Below, piece after piece: positions 9,769 to 20,401 of a stretch of DNA of 64,000 bases. The stretch's first letter is position 1. Every line of letters starts with the position of its first letter. Under the pieces are notes generated by a model that was not told the DNA's origin, did not search any database, and worked only from the letters and a program-made list of their open reading frames with translations. This stretch comes from Desulfatiglandales bacterium (GTDB lineage: Bacteria; Desulfobacterota; DSM-4660; Desulfatiglandales; HGW-15). The translations under genes were made by a program, and so were the position numbers. The DNA is taken from contig CAXXJJ010000001.1 in assembly GCA_963667015.2 (NCBI GenBank), positions 1,152,001-1,216,000 of the forward strand, given 5' to 3'.

Positions 9769-11796
9769 ATGGTCAGGTTTTCACGTTCCTGTTTTATTTT
9801 TATTATGATGTTGTCATGCCTTTGTATTCAAAACGTTTCAGCCGAAACCCCATCCAGGGAGGCTTATCTGGAAGAAATAACTGTCACTGCAACGAGAAGT
9901 GAAATAGCCGTATTTGATGCACCTCAAAGTGTTACAGTTATTTCTGAAGAAGAGTTAGCCGTGCTTCCCTTTGAGCGTATTGAGGACATACTGAGATTCT
10001 CTGTCGGTATACAGAACTACAGCCACTATGGGAACCAGACTGGTGGAGTGTCAAGCCATTTCAGCATGAGAGGTGTGGGACGTAACCGTGTTTTATTTAT
10101 GCTGGATGGTGTTCCACTTAATGATAATTTTAATAATTCGATTGCATGGGTTGCCTGGGGTATTGTTCCAAAGGAAAGTATTGCAAGGATAGAGATAGTA
10201 AGGGGGCCTACATCTGCTGTTTATGGAACCGAGGGGCTGGGAGGTGTGGTAAATATCATAACCAAAAAGCCCGAAGAAAAAACAGAAACCAGCCTGAAAC
10301 TAAAGGGCGGAACCAGTGATACCTATTCTGTCTCAGGTCTTCATTCTCAGGATAATGGCCGTTTAGGGTTTCTTGTGTCCGGCGGTTATGACGATAGTGA
10401 CGGATTTTATATGGTAGATCCTGAAGGCATCGAAGACTATACTCTCAGACGTTATCGTGAAGTTGCAAAAGGTTTTGGAAAAATATCCTACTCGCTGAAT
10501 GAACGTACTGACATTTCTTTCAGTGCCCTTTATTATGACCATGAAATGGGAAAAGGACGAGAATATTTTTATGATGACCTTACAATGGATCAGTATCGTC
10601 TTGGAATAACCTATAATGGAAATCAAATTGACTGGTCCGGTATTGTATATTTGAATCGTGCTGAAAAGACTGCCTATCAGGATAGTTATGTCAGCTCTAC
10701 AGATTCCTATACCCCGGACCGCAATGAAATGTTTCCTGGAAATGACGTTTGGGGTGCAGAATATCAGAATACGGCTATACTATTTGATTTAGCCACGGTT
10801 ACCGCCGGGTTGTCCTATAAGGGCATTTCAATGGACTATGATGTGGACTATTTAACCAGTTCACGTGATACCGGTGCAACCGGACGTCAGGATACAGTAG
10901 CTACATTTATTGATGTTACTGCAGAATTTCTGGACAATAGGCTGCTGATCAACGCAGGACTGCGCTTTGATCAGATAAAAAACCACAAGGGCCGGAGCTG
11001 GGATACAAGCCTGTCAGCAGACGATGCATATAATTCAAAAATCTGGAAGAATTATTCCCCAAAGCTGGGTATTACTTTTCATCCCGATGATCTGACCACA
11101 ATTCGTTCGTCCATTGGAACAGGTTTCAAGGCCCCAAGTCTCTTTGACCAGTATAAGCTTCATATAAGGGGCGGAGGGAGAAGTGTCAGGTTCCCCAACC
11201 CGAATCTTGATCCCGAAGAGATTGTAACATGGGATATCGGGGCTGAGAGATTTTTCAAGGATAATTTATGGGTAAGGCTGGCATATTATCAATCAACAGC
11301 ATCTGATTATATAGGGACAAGGACTATCACTAGCTATTATGTTGGATCAAGGCTTTATACAGAAAGCACTTACCAGAATATAAGCGAGGTTGACATACAC
11401 GGTATTGAGGCAGAGCTGCAATATGAAATAGGTTATGGGCTTTCTTCGTTTTTTAATTTTAATTACAACAGCTCTAAAGTCACAAAAGATGATGAAACCC
11501 CCGAACTTGTAGGAAAATATATGGCAGGAGATCCAAAACAGAAATATCGTGCCGGACTAACCTACAGAAACCCTGATCTTGTCAACGGTTCTGTAGCGGT
11601 AAAATACAATGTGGATGAATACTCGGATTCTGAAAATGTAACAAAGCTCCCGAATTATTTCACCCTTGATCTTTCAGTATGGAAAAAGCTGGGTGATTAC
11701 CTGACCCTGAGACTTGACATTGAGAACCTGACTGAAGAAGATGAGTACATAAAGGACGGTACACTGTATTACGGAACAGTACAGATCGACTTTTAA
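9769..11796 (+). CDS. TonB-dependent outer-membrane receptor
   Basis: Signal peptide, TonB box EEITVTATR, plug motif IARIEIVRGPTSAVYG...GGVVNIITKK, C-terminal Phe. GGAGG RBS precedes the ATG at 9769. Confidence 0.92.
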   Translation: MVRFSRSCFIFIMMLSCLCIQNVSAETPSREAYLEEITVTATRSEIAVFDAPQSVTVISEEELAVLPFERIEDILRFSVGIQNYSHYGNQTGGVSSHFSMRGVGRNRVLFMLDGVPLNDNFNNSIAWVAWGIVPKESIARIEIVRGPTSAVYGTEGLGGVVNIITKKPEEKTETSLKLKGGTSDTYSVSGLHSQDNGRLGFLVSGGYDDSDGFYMVDPEGIEDYTLRRYREVAKGFGKISYSLNERTDISFSALYYDHEMGKGREYFYDDLTMDQYRLGITYNGNQIDWSGIVYLNRAEKTAYQDSYVSSTDSYTPDRNEMFPGNDVWGAEYQNTAILFDLATVTAGLSYKGISMDYDVDYLTSSRDTGATGRQDTVATFIDVTAEFLDNRLLINAGLRFDQIKNHKGRSWDTSLSADDAYNSKIWKNYSPKLGITFHPDDLTTIRSSIGTGFKAPSLFDQYKLHIRGGGRSVRFPNPNLDPEEIVTWDIGAERFFKDNLWVRLAYYQSTASDYIGTRTITSYYVGSRLYTESTYQNISEVDIHGIEAELQYEIGYGLSSFFNFNYNSSKVTKDDETPELVGKYMAGDPKQKYRAGLTYRNPDLVNGSVAVKYNVDEYSDSENVTKLPNYFTLDLSVWKKLGDYLTLRLDIENLTEEDEYIKDGTLYYGTVQIDF

Positions 11797-11871
11797 GCTT
11801 TTTAAAGGCACAACTAAATGATACTCCGCTCTATTGAAAGCGGGGTATCACAGTAAAGTGAGGAAACAGGA

Positions 11872-12600
11872 ATGACTGTTAAACAGATTTTATTTATATG
11901 TATAAGCTCATTAATATTTTTTGTTTCAGGGAACTCAGTCAGTGCTCATCACCTTTGGGTGGAAAAAAGTAATGGTGCCTATATCGTCGCCAGAGGTGTT
12001 CTGGGTGAGCGACATGATAGTTACAATCCTGACAGGGTTATGGCCTTTGCGGCCATTGGGGCAGATGGCAAAAGGGTATCAGAGGAAATGATCCGGAGAT
12101 CGGATGAACCTGATAGAGCCCGGTTTGAAATTTCAGAGCAGGTTAGTATGGCTACTGTTTCATGCGACTGGGGGTACAGGGTCAACACAACAAAAGGTAA
12201 AAAGCTGATGAGCAAACCTGAGGCTGAAAAAGAAGGTTTAAGGATAATCAGCGCCTTTTTTTCCACCCAGTACAGCAAGGTTTTCTTTGAAAAAGGGATC
12301 GGAAATACAATAGCTGCCGGGCTTAAATTTGAAATGATTCCTCTTAATGATCCTGTTGGATTGCACAAGGGCGATGTGCTTCCTGTGCAGGTCCTCTTTG
12401 ATGGAAGGCCTCTTGCAAATGTTGTAATTACGAGCGCGGCAAGGGAAGAAATTCCTACTGATAGCAATGGTGTCGGCCATTTTAAAATTACGAAAAAAGG
12501 AAAAACGCTTTTGATGCTGGGGCAGAAAGTCCCTGTGAAAGATGATCCTGAAAAGGATTATCATCTTTATACCACCTTTATGGTTTTTGAGGTTAAATAA
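11872..12600 (+). CDS. DUF4198 periplasmic protein (Ni/Co-uptake associated)
   Basis: Signal peptide ending SA followed by mature N-terminal HHLW; GLKFEMIPLNDP...VQVLFDGRPL...TDSNG motif. Confidence 0.75.
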   Translation: MTVKQILFICISSLIFFVSGNSVSAHHLWVEKSNGAYIVARGVLGERHDSYNPDRVMAFAAIGADGKRVSEEMIRRSDEPDRARFEISEQVSMATVSCDWGYRVNTTKGKKLMSKPEAEKEGLRIISAFFSTQYSKVFFEKGIGNTIAAGLKFEMIPLNDPVGLHKGDVLPVQVLFDGRPLANVVITSAAREEIPTDSNGVGHFKITKKGKTLLMLGQKVPVKDDPEKDYHLYTTFMVFEVK

Positions 12601-13103
12601 TGAAACGGAGCAAAATTTTCTATGTCCTGTCAGTAGCTTTTGTTTTTCCACTTATTTTTAATGTGATATCAGCAGCCGCACATGGAACAGACTGTCGGGT
12701 TAATGAAGATATCAGGACTATAACCTTTGATTTTTTCTATGATGACAGGGAGCCTATGCAGTATTGTGAGGTGCTTGTGTTCAGCCCGCTTGATGAAAAA
12801 ATCGAATACCAGAATGGAAGAACTGACAGCAAAGGAAGGTTTTCTTTTTCCCCGGACACTCCCGGCCAATGGCGCATTGAGGCAAGTGATGGAATGGGAC
12901 ATATGGTAAAGGGCACAGTGAATGTGGAGGCTGATACATCCCCAAAAACAGCACCTGTCACGCAGGAGAGAAAAAATGATGGAGTATTTTCTGAAGATAT
13001 CTCAAAGACCCTGAAGGTTATTCTGGGATTAAGCCTGATCATAAACATATGGGCGCTTTTTTCTTTCCTGAAAACACGATCTGTGAATAAAAAAGCTCAG
13101 TAA
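12600..13103 (+). CDS. CbiL/NikL-like accessory protein of metal uptake (exported beta domain with C-terminal membrane anchor)
   Basis: Signal peptide then AHG; YQNGRTDSKGRFSFSPDTPGQWRIEASDGMGH motif; C-terminal TM helix. Confidence 0.65.
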   Translation: MKRSKIFYVLSVAFVFPLIFNVISAAAHGTDCRVNEDIRTITFDFFYDDREPMQYCEVLVFSPLDEKIEYQNGRTDSKGRFSFSPDTPGQWRIEASDGMGHMVKGTVNVEADTSPKTAPVTQERKNDGVFSEDISKTLKVILGLSLIINIWALFSFLKTRSVNKKAQ

Positions 13104-13152
13104 AATAACAGGTTTTTTACTGGAAAACTCACTTTAAAAAGGAAATGTAAAT

Positions 13153-14010
13153 ATGAAGAAAAATGTAAATATCCTTTCAGTAACTTCTTTTATTATTCTT
13201 ATTCTTTTTCTGGCGCCATTTGCAAAAGCCGACACACCAATGGGGAAACTTTATGTGGTAGGGATGGGGCCTGCCGGACCGGATCTTACGGCACCACGTG
13301 CCCTTGATATTGTAAAAAAGGCGGATTTATACCTCTGTTCTCCAAGAATGCCTGATCGTTTCAAGCGGTTCGGGTTATATATAGATCCTGAAAAGGTGGC
13401 CTTCGATCCCTGGGACAGGGTAATGAGCAATAACAAGGGAAACAATAAAATTTCACTTGAAGAGCGCGAAACCAGAAGAAAAGAGCAGATTGCAGAAATT
13501 CAGGCATTTATTATGAAAAAATTACAGGAGGGTAAGACAATAGCCATGATGGATGGGGGCGATCCATGTGTATACGGTCCCAGCCTTCATCATCTGTTGA
13601 ATGGTTTTGATCCGGACCTGTTTGAAGTGGTTCCCGGAATGGGTGCATTTAATGCTGCGGCTGCAGCCCTTAAAACTACTGTAACACCGGATAATATAAG
13701 GTTTGTTGCGCTTACATCTCCGGAATCACTGTTCGGTGATTCAGAGAAAAATGGTGATGATATCCTCAAGGATCTATCAAAATATGAAACAACCATGGTT
13801 TTATACATGTCCCTCTCTGCCATGAGCAAGGTTGCTGATCGGTTCAGGAAATATTACAAGCCTGACCTGCCTATAGCCATCGTGTATTATGCCGGGTACC
13901 CGGATAAAGAGAAAGTGTTAAGAAGCAGCCTGGGAAAAATAGAAGAAGATATGAAAGATATGGATGAAAAATGGCTGGGATTGGTCGTTCTTGGACAGTG
14001 TGCAAAATAA
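13153..14010 (+). CDS. Tetrapyrrole (precorrin) methylase-family protein, CobM/CbiF-like, with N-terminal signal peptide
   Basis: KLYVVGMGPAGPDL, GGDPCVYG, VVPGMGAFNAAAAAL, TTMVLYMS and PIAIVYYAGYPDKE motifs. Preceded by MKK-hydrophobic-AKA. Confidence 0.8.
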   Translation: MKKNVNILSVTSFIILILFLAPFAKADTPMGKLYVVGMGPAGPDLTAPRALDIVKKADLYLCSPRMPDRFKRFGLYIDPEKVAFDPWDRVMSNNKGNNKISLEERETRRKEQIAEIQAFIMKKLQEGKTIAMMDGGDPCVYGPSLHHLLNGFDPDLFEVVPGMGAFNAAAAALKTTVTPDNIRFVALTSPESLFGDSEKNGDDILKDLSKYETTMVLYMSLSAMSKVADRFRKYYKPDLPIAIVYYAGYPDKEKVLRSSLGKIEEDMKDMDEKWLGLVVLGQCAK

Positions 14011-14014
14011 ATGG

Positions 14015-14233
14015 TCATTGATTTTCTGTATTTTGAGCAGGCATTCTTTCTTCGCATATTAAAAAATCATATGTCTGCTGAATCTCCTTGAAGCGTTCTT
14101 CTGCATCCGGATTACCAGGATTCCTGTCCGGATGCCATTCCTTGACAAGACTGCGGTATGCACTTCTTATTTCTGGTTTTGAGGCATTGTTTTTTATGTT
14201 CAATGTTTTGTATGGGTCTTCTTTTGATGCCAT
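14015..14233 (-). CDS. Small stand-alone DnaJ (J-domain) protein, ~72 aa
   Basis: DPYKTL...EIRSAYRSLVKEWHPDRNP...AEERFKEIQQTYDFL with intact HPD. The ATG at 14233 lies just after the tauE stop. Confidence 0.75.
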   Translation of the reverse strand: MASKEDPYKTLNIKNNASKPEIRSAYRSLVKEWHPDRNPGNPDAEERFKEIQQTYDFLICEERMPAQNTENQ

Positions 14234-14240
14234 ATAATTA

Positions 14241-15050
14241 TTATTTAAAAGCCATATAGCCCATCCAGAAGGCAATAAAGACCAATAGAATACCAAAATA
14301 TTTTTTATGATGCGTTTTGTCAATCCTGACTCCAAGCCTTGCACCAATCTGGGATCCTGCAAATACAGCGATTCCCAGGATAAGGGCCAGCTTCGGATCA
14401 AAATGTCCTGCTGCTGCATGACCTAAAAGTCCTGTAAGGGCAGTAATTCCGATCATCAGGCTTGATGATCCGACTGCTATCTTCATGGGTACTCCCCCCA
14501 GCAGGACCAGTGCCGGCACCTTTATAAGCCCGCCTCCTACACCAAGCATGCCGGCAACAAATCCGGCAAGGATCATCAGGGGAATTATGGAAAGAAGATT
14601 TAATTCATATGATTCATCTCCGGTGCCTCGTTCAAGGTAAAACCATCTGCCCTTTATAATACCTGAATTAATCTTCCTGTTTCCTATGGGTCTTATCATG
14701 AAATAGGCACCGATAAGGATAATGCCGGCAAATGCAAGTTTTGAAAATGCCTCAGGGAAATAGGACGAGAAGTAACCGCCTAAAAAAGCCCCGATGTTAG
14801 TTGGCGGTTCCACAATAAGGGCAAGGGTCCAGTCAACAAGCCCGGCCTTGTGAAAAACAAGAAGGGCGGAGACAGTGGCTACTATAATCAGGACCTGGCT
14901 TGTGGCGGCGCACCTGTAGAGCGGGAGCCCGAAGGCAAGAAGCATGGGAACGTAGACAGCTCCGCCTCCCTGTCCGAACATCATAAAGATGACCGACACA
15001 GCAAAAAAGACAGCGCACAGCAAAACGATCTGTTCCAATCCAAAAGCCAT
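14241..15050 (-). CDS. TauE/SafE-family (sulfite exporter-like) membrane protein
   Basis: Duplicated G-x-GGG...VP motifs (FGQGGGAVYVP; LGVGGGLIKVP), AVGSS and GSQIGARL. Confidence 0.88.
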   Translation of the reverse strand: MAFGLEQIVLLCAVFFAVSVIFMMFGQGGGAVYVPMLLAFGLPLYRCAATSQVLIIVATVSALLVFHKAGLVDWTLALIVEPPTNIGAFLGGYFSSYFPEAFSKLAFAGIILIGAYFMIRPIGNRKINSGIIKGRWFYLERGTGDESYELNLLSIIPLMILAGFVAGMLGVGGGLIKVPALVLLGGVPMKIAVGSSSLMIGITALTGLLGHAAAGHFDPKLALILGIAVFAGSQIGARLGVRIDKTHHKKYFGILLVFIAFWMGYMAFK

Positions 15051-15084
15051 CACTCATTCTCCGTGAATTTTTCAGGCAACTCTC

Positions 15085-15693
15085 TTATTCCCCGTAATTT
15101 GAGCATGGAATACAGACAAGGCTACCGTCACTCTTTACACGAAGCTTGTTTACAAAGGTAAGTTCCCCGCAGGCTTCACACCTTTTTGCATCGAAAACCC
15201 CTTTTGCTTTTTTAATATCAACGGTGTGTATCTCACCTGTATCAAGGAACTGTGATTCCTCCAACCCCAAAATCCTGTTAATCAGGGGATCTGCTATTTC
15301 GGGATCAATGTCCTGGGGCGGAGTGCCTGCCTTTCTTAACTGTACAAAGGGGGAGGCAAGCGCCATTTCAAAAAAATCAGGTTTAAGCGATACCCGCACT
15401 GCACGACCGGTTTTATTATCTATTAGGGTAAATGCCATCTTGTTGAAATAGAGTTTCTCTATATTGGATTTACCATAGGTGCATCCGGTGGCAATCATGA
15501 TACCGTCCAGGAAGCAGCCTGCAGCATGCCCTTTTCCTGTTTCGGATATCACCGAAAGTTCCTTGTCCTGTGACCGTTCAACTCCGAGGGCCTTCATAGC
15601 AGCAAGACCTGCCTTGAGCCCCATTGGCATGGCCGGGCACTTGTGACCGTGAAATTTAATGCCTGTTTCAAGTATTTCTTCAAAATTATCCAT
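15085..15693 (-). CDS. FmdE-family protein with C-terminal zinc finger
   Basis: [25 protein letters not shown], and CEACGE...CIPC. Confidence 0.88.
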   Translation of the reverse strand: MDNFEEILETGIKFHGHKCPAMPMGLKAGLAAMKALGVERSQDKELSVISETGKGHAAGCFLDGIMIATGCTYGKSNIEKLYFNKMAFTLIDNKTGRAVRVSLKPDFFEMALASPFVQLRKAGTPPQDIDPEIADPLINRILGLEESQFLDTGEIHTVDIKKAKGVFDAKRCEACGELTFVNKLRVKSDGSLVCIPCSNYGE

Positions 15694-15719
15694 GGTTATC
15701 TCCCTCTATTTTTTATCAA

Positions 15720-16976
15720 TCATTTATTTCCTGAAAAAAGATCCAAAAAACTTCCGCCCATCAGATAGAAATATGTTGCCGCCCAGTTAGTGAGTACAAC
15801 GACCACTGTAAAAAGAATATTACCCACACTCATGAGCGCCAGGCCCGATAGAATATTTCCAATAACACAGCCTCCGGCTATTGCCGCACCTGTCCCCAGT
15901 ATTATGCCACCGATAAAGGCAACTACCGTCTGTGAGGCCGGCCTGGGTTTAAACTCAATGGTGCCGGAAAGCCTGCCGGAAACCCATGAACCGATTACAA
16001 GGCTGGTAATAAGAAGCATGAGCCAGACATTTACTTTTTTACCTGTTTTTTGCGGAACCGCTGCGTCTGTTTGAACTTCAGGAGATTTCATCTGATTTTT
16101 TACGATGCTTTTTGCTTCAGGCTTTTTGTAGGCATAGTTCAGGTTGTTTTCAGTTAAAAGCATCTGGGCATGAAGAACGCCATGGGTTACTCCAAGTGGA
16201 TAATTTCTGCCTGAAGAAGCGGATGAGAGATAGGCAAATATTGCTAGTATCCCGATTGCAAGGCCTGCCTTCCATGGTTTCCATGGACGCCTGATTGTTC
16301 TTGTTACAAATCCTGTATCATCAGGTCTGACAGTGTTATTTTTTGAATTATTTTTGCGTTTTAAAAAGATCGTTATAATTGTGACCGAGGCAAATATACC
16401 CGCCAAGAGCCAGTAGGGCATTCCTGTAACCGATGAAATGGTAACAGGACCTCCGTCCTGTGATTTGATTACAAAACCTTTCATGTATTTTTGAAAACCG
16501 CTTAGGTATCCATACTCAACCAGTGCTACTCCAAGGGGGATGCCGATAAGACCTGCCATTGAATTTATGTTCCCGGCACCTGCCTTGAATAAACATCCGC
16601 TGACACACCCTCCGGCAAGTACTATTCCTGTGCCAAAGAGAACACCGCCGATTATGTAATTGAGGTATAATAATGGTTTAGCCGGTAACTGTACAAGGCC
16701 CAGGAGATCGAGCACTGCAAATCCAACCATACTTACTACGATAGCGATCCAGATTCCAAAGGCCTTTGATTTATCTCTCATAAGCGGAATTTCGCTCATG
16801 GCGCTTGCCCCGCACAACTCCCCCTTTTTCAGGAAAAATCCAAACAGAAATCCAACAGGTATTGCCGTTATTACCCACAGTTCGGTAGAGATTGCAGCCA
16901 GTGTAATTCCAATCATTATCACGATACTGGTAATAGAATAGGCCTTCCAGTTGATATCTTTTGCTGCTTCTGACAT
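15720..16976 (-). CDS. YeeE/YedE-family sulfur-compound (thiosulfate-type) transporter
   Basis: GELC, GIVLAGGCVSG and GAAIAGGCVIG repeats in a polytopic membrane protein. Confidence 0.85.
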   Translation of the reverse strand: MSEAAKDINWKAYSITSIVIMIGITLAAISTELWVITAIPVGFLFGFFLKKGELCGASAMSEIPLMRDKSKAFGIWIAIVVSMVGFAVLDLLGLVQLPAKPLLYLNYIIGGVLFGTGIVLAGGCVSGCLFKAGAGNINSMAGLIGIPLGVALVEYGYLSGFQKYMKGFVIKSQDGGPVTISSVTGMPYWLLAGIFASVTIITIFLKRKNNSKNNTVRPDDTGFVTRTIRRPWKPWKAGLAIGILAIFAYLSSASSGRNYPLGVTHGVLHAQMLLTENNLNYAYKKPEAKSIVKNQMKSPEVQTDAAVPQKTGKKVNVWLMLLITSLVIGSWVSGRLSGTIEFKPRPASQTVVAFIGGIILGTGAAIAGGCVIGNILSGLALMSVGNILFTVVVVLTNWAATYFYLMGGSFLDLFSGNK

Positions 16977-16993
16977 TTATAATCCCCCTTGTT

Positions 16994-17419
16994 TTATTTA
17001 CTGAGCTCTTCCTCGATATTTTCCACAAAGACCTTTATCTCGTCTCTGACCCTTCTGTAATGGTTTAAGGCTTCTTCCTCATTTGTAAGGCTTTCAGCCA
17101 GTTTTGGCGGATCATCAAAACCCCTGTGCATCAATTTTGTCTTTGCCGGAAAAAATGGGCATGCCTCATTGGCGTTGTCACAAAGGGTAACTACATAGTC
17201 GAATTCCATATCTCCCAGGGAGTCAATATCCTTTGATGTCTGCCCGGAGATGTCTATACCTGTCTCGGACATAACCTTTACAGCCCTTGGATCCACGCCC
17301 TTTGGTTCAATACCTGCTGAATATGCCCTGTAGGTATCCCTTTTAATATAGGTTGTCCATGCCTCTGCTATCTGGCTGCGGCAGGAGTTTCCTGTACACA
17401 GGAAAAGAATATTTTTCAT
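16994..17419 (-). CDS. arsC: Arsenate reductase, thioredoxin-coupled LMW-PTP type
   Basis: LFLCTGNSCRSQIAE, VTLCD...CP, FDDP and RRVRDEI. Confidence 0.92.
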   Translation of the reverse strand: MKNILFLCTGNSCRSQIAEAWTTYIKRDTYRAYSAGIEPKGVDPRAVKVMSETGIDISGQTSKDIDSLGDMEFDYVVTLCDNANEACPFFPAKTKLMHRGFDDPPKLAESLTNEEEALNHYRRVRDEIKVFVENIEEELSK

Positions 17420-17440
17420 AATATTATACCTCTTGAATCC

Positions 17441-18532
17441 TCAGTTTTTACAAGCCATATGGCACACACCTGTCAGTGTCTCAACCGCATATGGAAAATA
17501 TTTTTTCTTAAACCATAATGCCACATTAACAAGCCCTATGAGTACCGGCACCTCGACCAGCGGTCCTATAACAGCGGCAAATGCCTGACCTGAGTTTATT
17601 CCGAAAACGGCCACGGCAACAGCAATAGCGAGCTCAAAATTATTTGATGCGGCTGTAAAACTCAGGGTTGTTGACTGTTCGTATGATGCACCTGCCTTCA
17701 TGGACAGGAAAAATGATACGAAAAACATTATCAGAAAATAGACACAAAGTGGAATGGCTATACGAACCACATCCATGGGAAGCTGCACTATGTATTCACC
17801 CTTAAGTGAAAACATGACGAGGATTGTAAAGAGCAGGGCGATAAGTGCTATCGGGCTTATCTTTGGAATAAACTTTTTTTCATACCATTCCTTTCCCTTT
17901 GTCTTGAGCCCGATAACGCGTGAGATCATACCTGCAATAAAGGGGATGCCAAGATATATGAATACACTCTCCGCGATCTGACCTATGGAGATGTTGACAA
18001 CAATGCCTTTAAGGCCTATCCATTGGGGGACAACGGTTATAAAGATATAGGCGTAAAGGGAAAAGAACAGCACCTGGAAAATGGAATTAAATGCAACCAG
18101 CCCTGCGCAGTATTCGGTGTCGCCTGATGCAAGGTCATTCCACACTATCACCATTGCAATACAACGGGCCAGGCCGATAAGGATAAGCCCTGCCATGTAC
18201 TCGTGGTGCCCTGATAAAAAGGTTATGGCCAGCAGGAACATCAGTATCGGCCCTATTATCCAGTTCTGTACAAGGGATAGCGCAAGAACCCTGAAATCCC
18301 GGAATACTTGCCCGAGCTGTTCATATTTTACCTTTGCAAGGGGAGGGTACATCATTAAAATCAGTCCGACAGCAATAGGGATATTAGTCGTTCCAACCTG
18401 GAATATATTGATTACATCCTTTATTTTCGGAAAAAGATATCCTGCGAATACCCCAACTATCATGGCAGCAAATATCCACAGTGTCAGGAATCGGTCCAGG
18501 AATGAGAGCCTTTTTGTTATTGATTCAGCCAC
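17441..18532 (-). CDS. acr3: Acr3 arsenite efflux transporter
   Basis: [47 protein letters not shown] and GPLVEVPVL. Confidence 0.95.
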   Translation of the reverse strand: MAESITKRLSFLDRFLTLWIFAAMIVGVFAGYLFPKIKDVINIFQVGTTNIPIAVGLILMMYPPLAKVKYEQLGQVFRDFRVLALSLVQNWIIGPILMFLLAITFLSGHHEYMAGLILIGLARCIAMVIVWNDLASGDTEYCAGLVAFNSIFQVLFFSLYAYIFITVVPQWIGLKGIVVNISIGQIAESVFIYLGIPFIAGMISRVIGLKTKGKEWYEKKFIPKISPIALIALLFTILVMFSLKGEYIVQLPMDVVRIAIPLCVYFLIMFFVSFFLSMKAGASYEQSTTLSFTAASNNFELAIAVAVAVFGINSGQAFAAVIGPLVEVPVLIGLVNVALWFKKKYFPYAVETLTGVCHMACKN

Positions 18533-18533
18533 G

Positions 18534-19241
18534 CTAAGCTCCAAAAAAAGGTTTTGCTATAAAATAGATCCCCATAATAATTATTATTATCCCTGCCCCT
18601 TTACGAAACCAGTTGCCGGTGTTCTGCCATCTGTTGTTTTCCATTATGTTTTTAACCAGTCCCACTGAGCTTCCTGCCACGGCAATGGGCAGACAATGCC
18701 CGGCAGCAAAGAGAAGGATAAACAACGTGCCGATAAGTATCTGTTTCTGTACAGTGATAAAGGCCAGGACAGGGGCGATAAAACCAAAGGTGCATGAACC
18801 AGAAAGAACGCCATATGCAAGCCCGAGTCCGAATGCCCCGCCAATACCCCTGAAATTTAATCTGTAGAGCAGGCTTCCTGAAACAGAACATCTTTCCACT
18901 CCCATCATTCCCAGTGCGACCCATATAAGTACAAGGCCTATGAGTATCTGCCAGTAACTACCTATATCTCCCATCATACGCCCGAGGAGGACGCAGGTGA
19001 TACCGACAAGGGCTATTGAAATGAAGAAACCCGATGTGAATACAACTGAGTACAACCCTGCCTTTCGCGGTGTCACTAATGTCTCCTGTCCGCCGACATA
19101 TGCAACAATAAGCGGTATGGAGGCCAGGTGACAGGGACTGAACAGGACGCTTATTATCCCCCATAAAAAACAGCCAAGGGCGGCAATGGCAGAGCCTCCG
19201 GTCATCCATTCATTAACAGTGAGGAAAATAGTATCGAACAT
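18534..19241 (-). CDS. ccdA: CcdA/DsbD-type transmembrane disulfide reductase
   Basis: [10 protein letters not shown] and SGSCTFG cysteine motifs in a 6-TM protein. Confidence 0.85.
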   Translation of the reverse strand: MFDTIFLTVNEWMTGGSAIAALGCFLWGIISVLFSPCHLASIPLIVAYVGGQETLVTPRKAGLYSVVFTSGFFISIALVGITCVLLGRMMGDIGSYWQILIGLVLIWVALGMMGVERCSVSGSLLYRLNFRGIGGAFGLGLAYGVLSGSCTFGFIAPVLAFITVQKQILIGTLFILLFAAGHCLPIAVAGSSVGLVKNIMENNRWQNTGNWFRKGAGIIIIIMGIYFIAKPFFGA

Positions 19242-19258
19242 TCAATGCTTCCTTTATA

Positions 19259-19648
19259 TTACTCCACACCCATTTTATTAAGCTGTTCTATTATGGCCTT
19301 TTCAGACATAAATCCCGTATGTCTGTAAATCTCCTTACCTTCCCTGTTAAAGAATATCTGGGTCGGCAGGGCCTTTAATTCGAAACGATACTGCTGTTCC
19401 GGATCGTCAAGGAGATTTATAAAGACGATCTCTGCCTTTCCCTGATATTTTATTTTAAGTTTTTCCAGTATCGGGGCCATCATCTTGCACTGGGTGCAGG
19501 TTTTTTTGCCCAGATCGATCATTGTTACAGTCCCTTTAACCGGAAGGTTTTTGAGAAAATTCTCATGTTCTTCATCAGTAGAAGCACTGACGCTTATTCC
19601 GACTGTCAGCAGAAAACAAAATATTACTGATATTATAAAAGATCTCAT
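19259..19648 (-). CDS. Exported thioredoxin-family protein
   Basis: Signal peptide, CTQC, PTQIFF and GKEIYRHTGF. GGAGGAG RBS before the ATG at 19648. Confidence 0.85.
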   Translation of the reverse strand: MRSFIISVIFCFLLTVGISVSASTDEEHENFLKNLPVKGTVTMIDLGKKTCTQCKMMAPILEKLKIKYQGKAEIVFINLLDDPEQQYRFELKALPTQIFFNREGKEIYRHTGFMSEKAIIEQLNKMGVE

Positions 19649-19756
19649 TATCTCCTCCATATTCCTTCTGTTCATTATCTGTTTAATGTCAGGTATATGT
19701 TTGATTGATATTTTTAAATGCGTTGCATGCAGTATCACAGCATCTTTCTTTTAATT

Positions 19757-20146
19757 TTATGCTACTCCTCCGCAGCACACTTTTTTGATTTCATCCTTTG
19801 CCCTCTGGACTTCAAGGTGTTTCAGGTCAAAGTCCTTGTTCTTCGGGATTCCCAGATCAGTTAATACAAGATAATCCTTCAGGGGAACGCCTGCCCTCTC
19901 AAGGGTTGCCTTTGCGCAGCCTACATCGCATCCGTCAATGGCAATCATTCTCGGGGTATCCTTTGCCGACTGAACAAAGCCCGAAAGAGCGCCACCTATA
20001 CCCGATAGGCAGAACATCTTTCCAAACCCTTCCTGTGTCAGTTCAACTGCTGCCCGGTTTGAAAGCTGGCCCACATTCGAGGCCCCTGAACATGCCAGAA
20101 TCATTATGTCTCCATTTGATGAACAACAATCTTCAGCCATTTTCAT
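19757..20146 (-). CDS. DGC-domain putative zinc-binding protein
   Basis: ACSGASNVGQ, MFCL and IAIDGCDVGC motifs. Confidence 0.85.
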   Translation of the reverse strand: MKMAEDCCSSNGDIMILACSGASNVGQLSNRAAVELTQEGFGKMFCLSGIGGALSGFVQSAKDTPRMIAIDGCDVGCAKATLERAGVPLKDYLVLTDLGIPKNKDFDLKHLEVQRAKDEIKKVCCGGVA

Positions 20147-20152
20147 TTCCTC

Positions 20153-20383
20153 CTATTGTATCCAGCCTTTTATTTCATCCTTGGTCGGTATCTTGCCTAC
20201 ACTCTTTACTACGCCATCAACTACGACCGCAGGAGTTCCGAAAACACCATGCTTTGCGATTTCAAGGGTATCGGTTATCTTTATTATCTCAGCTGAAATA
20301 CCGGTTTCAGCTACGGCTTCTTCTACAATTTTTCTGGTGGACTCGCATCTTTTGCATCCGGGTCCAAGTACCTTTATTTCCAT
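20153..20383 (-). CDS. Small redox-active disulfide protein (MTH895/thioredoxin-like)
   Basis: IKVLGPGCKRC and GVFGTPAVVVDG. Confidence 0.9.
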   Translation of the reverse strand: MEIKVLGPGCKRCESTRKIVEEAVAETGISAEIIKITDTLEIAKHGVFGTPAVVVDGVVKSVGKIPTKDEIKGWIQ

Positions 20384-20401
20384 GATATCCTCCGTTTAAA
20401 T

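Noticed and set aside
14234..14419. N-terminal extension of the J-domain ORF
   Set aside because: It overlaps tauE in another frame; the ATG at 14233 is the plausible start.
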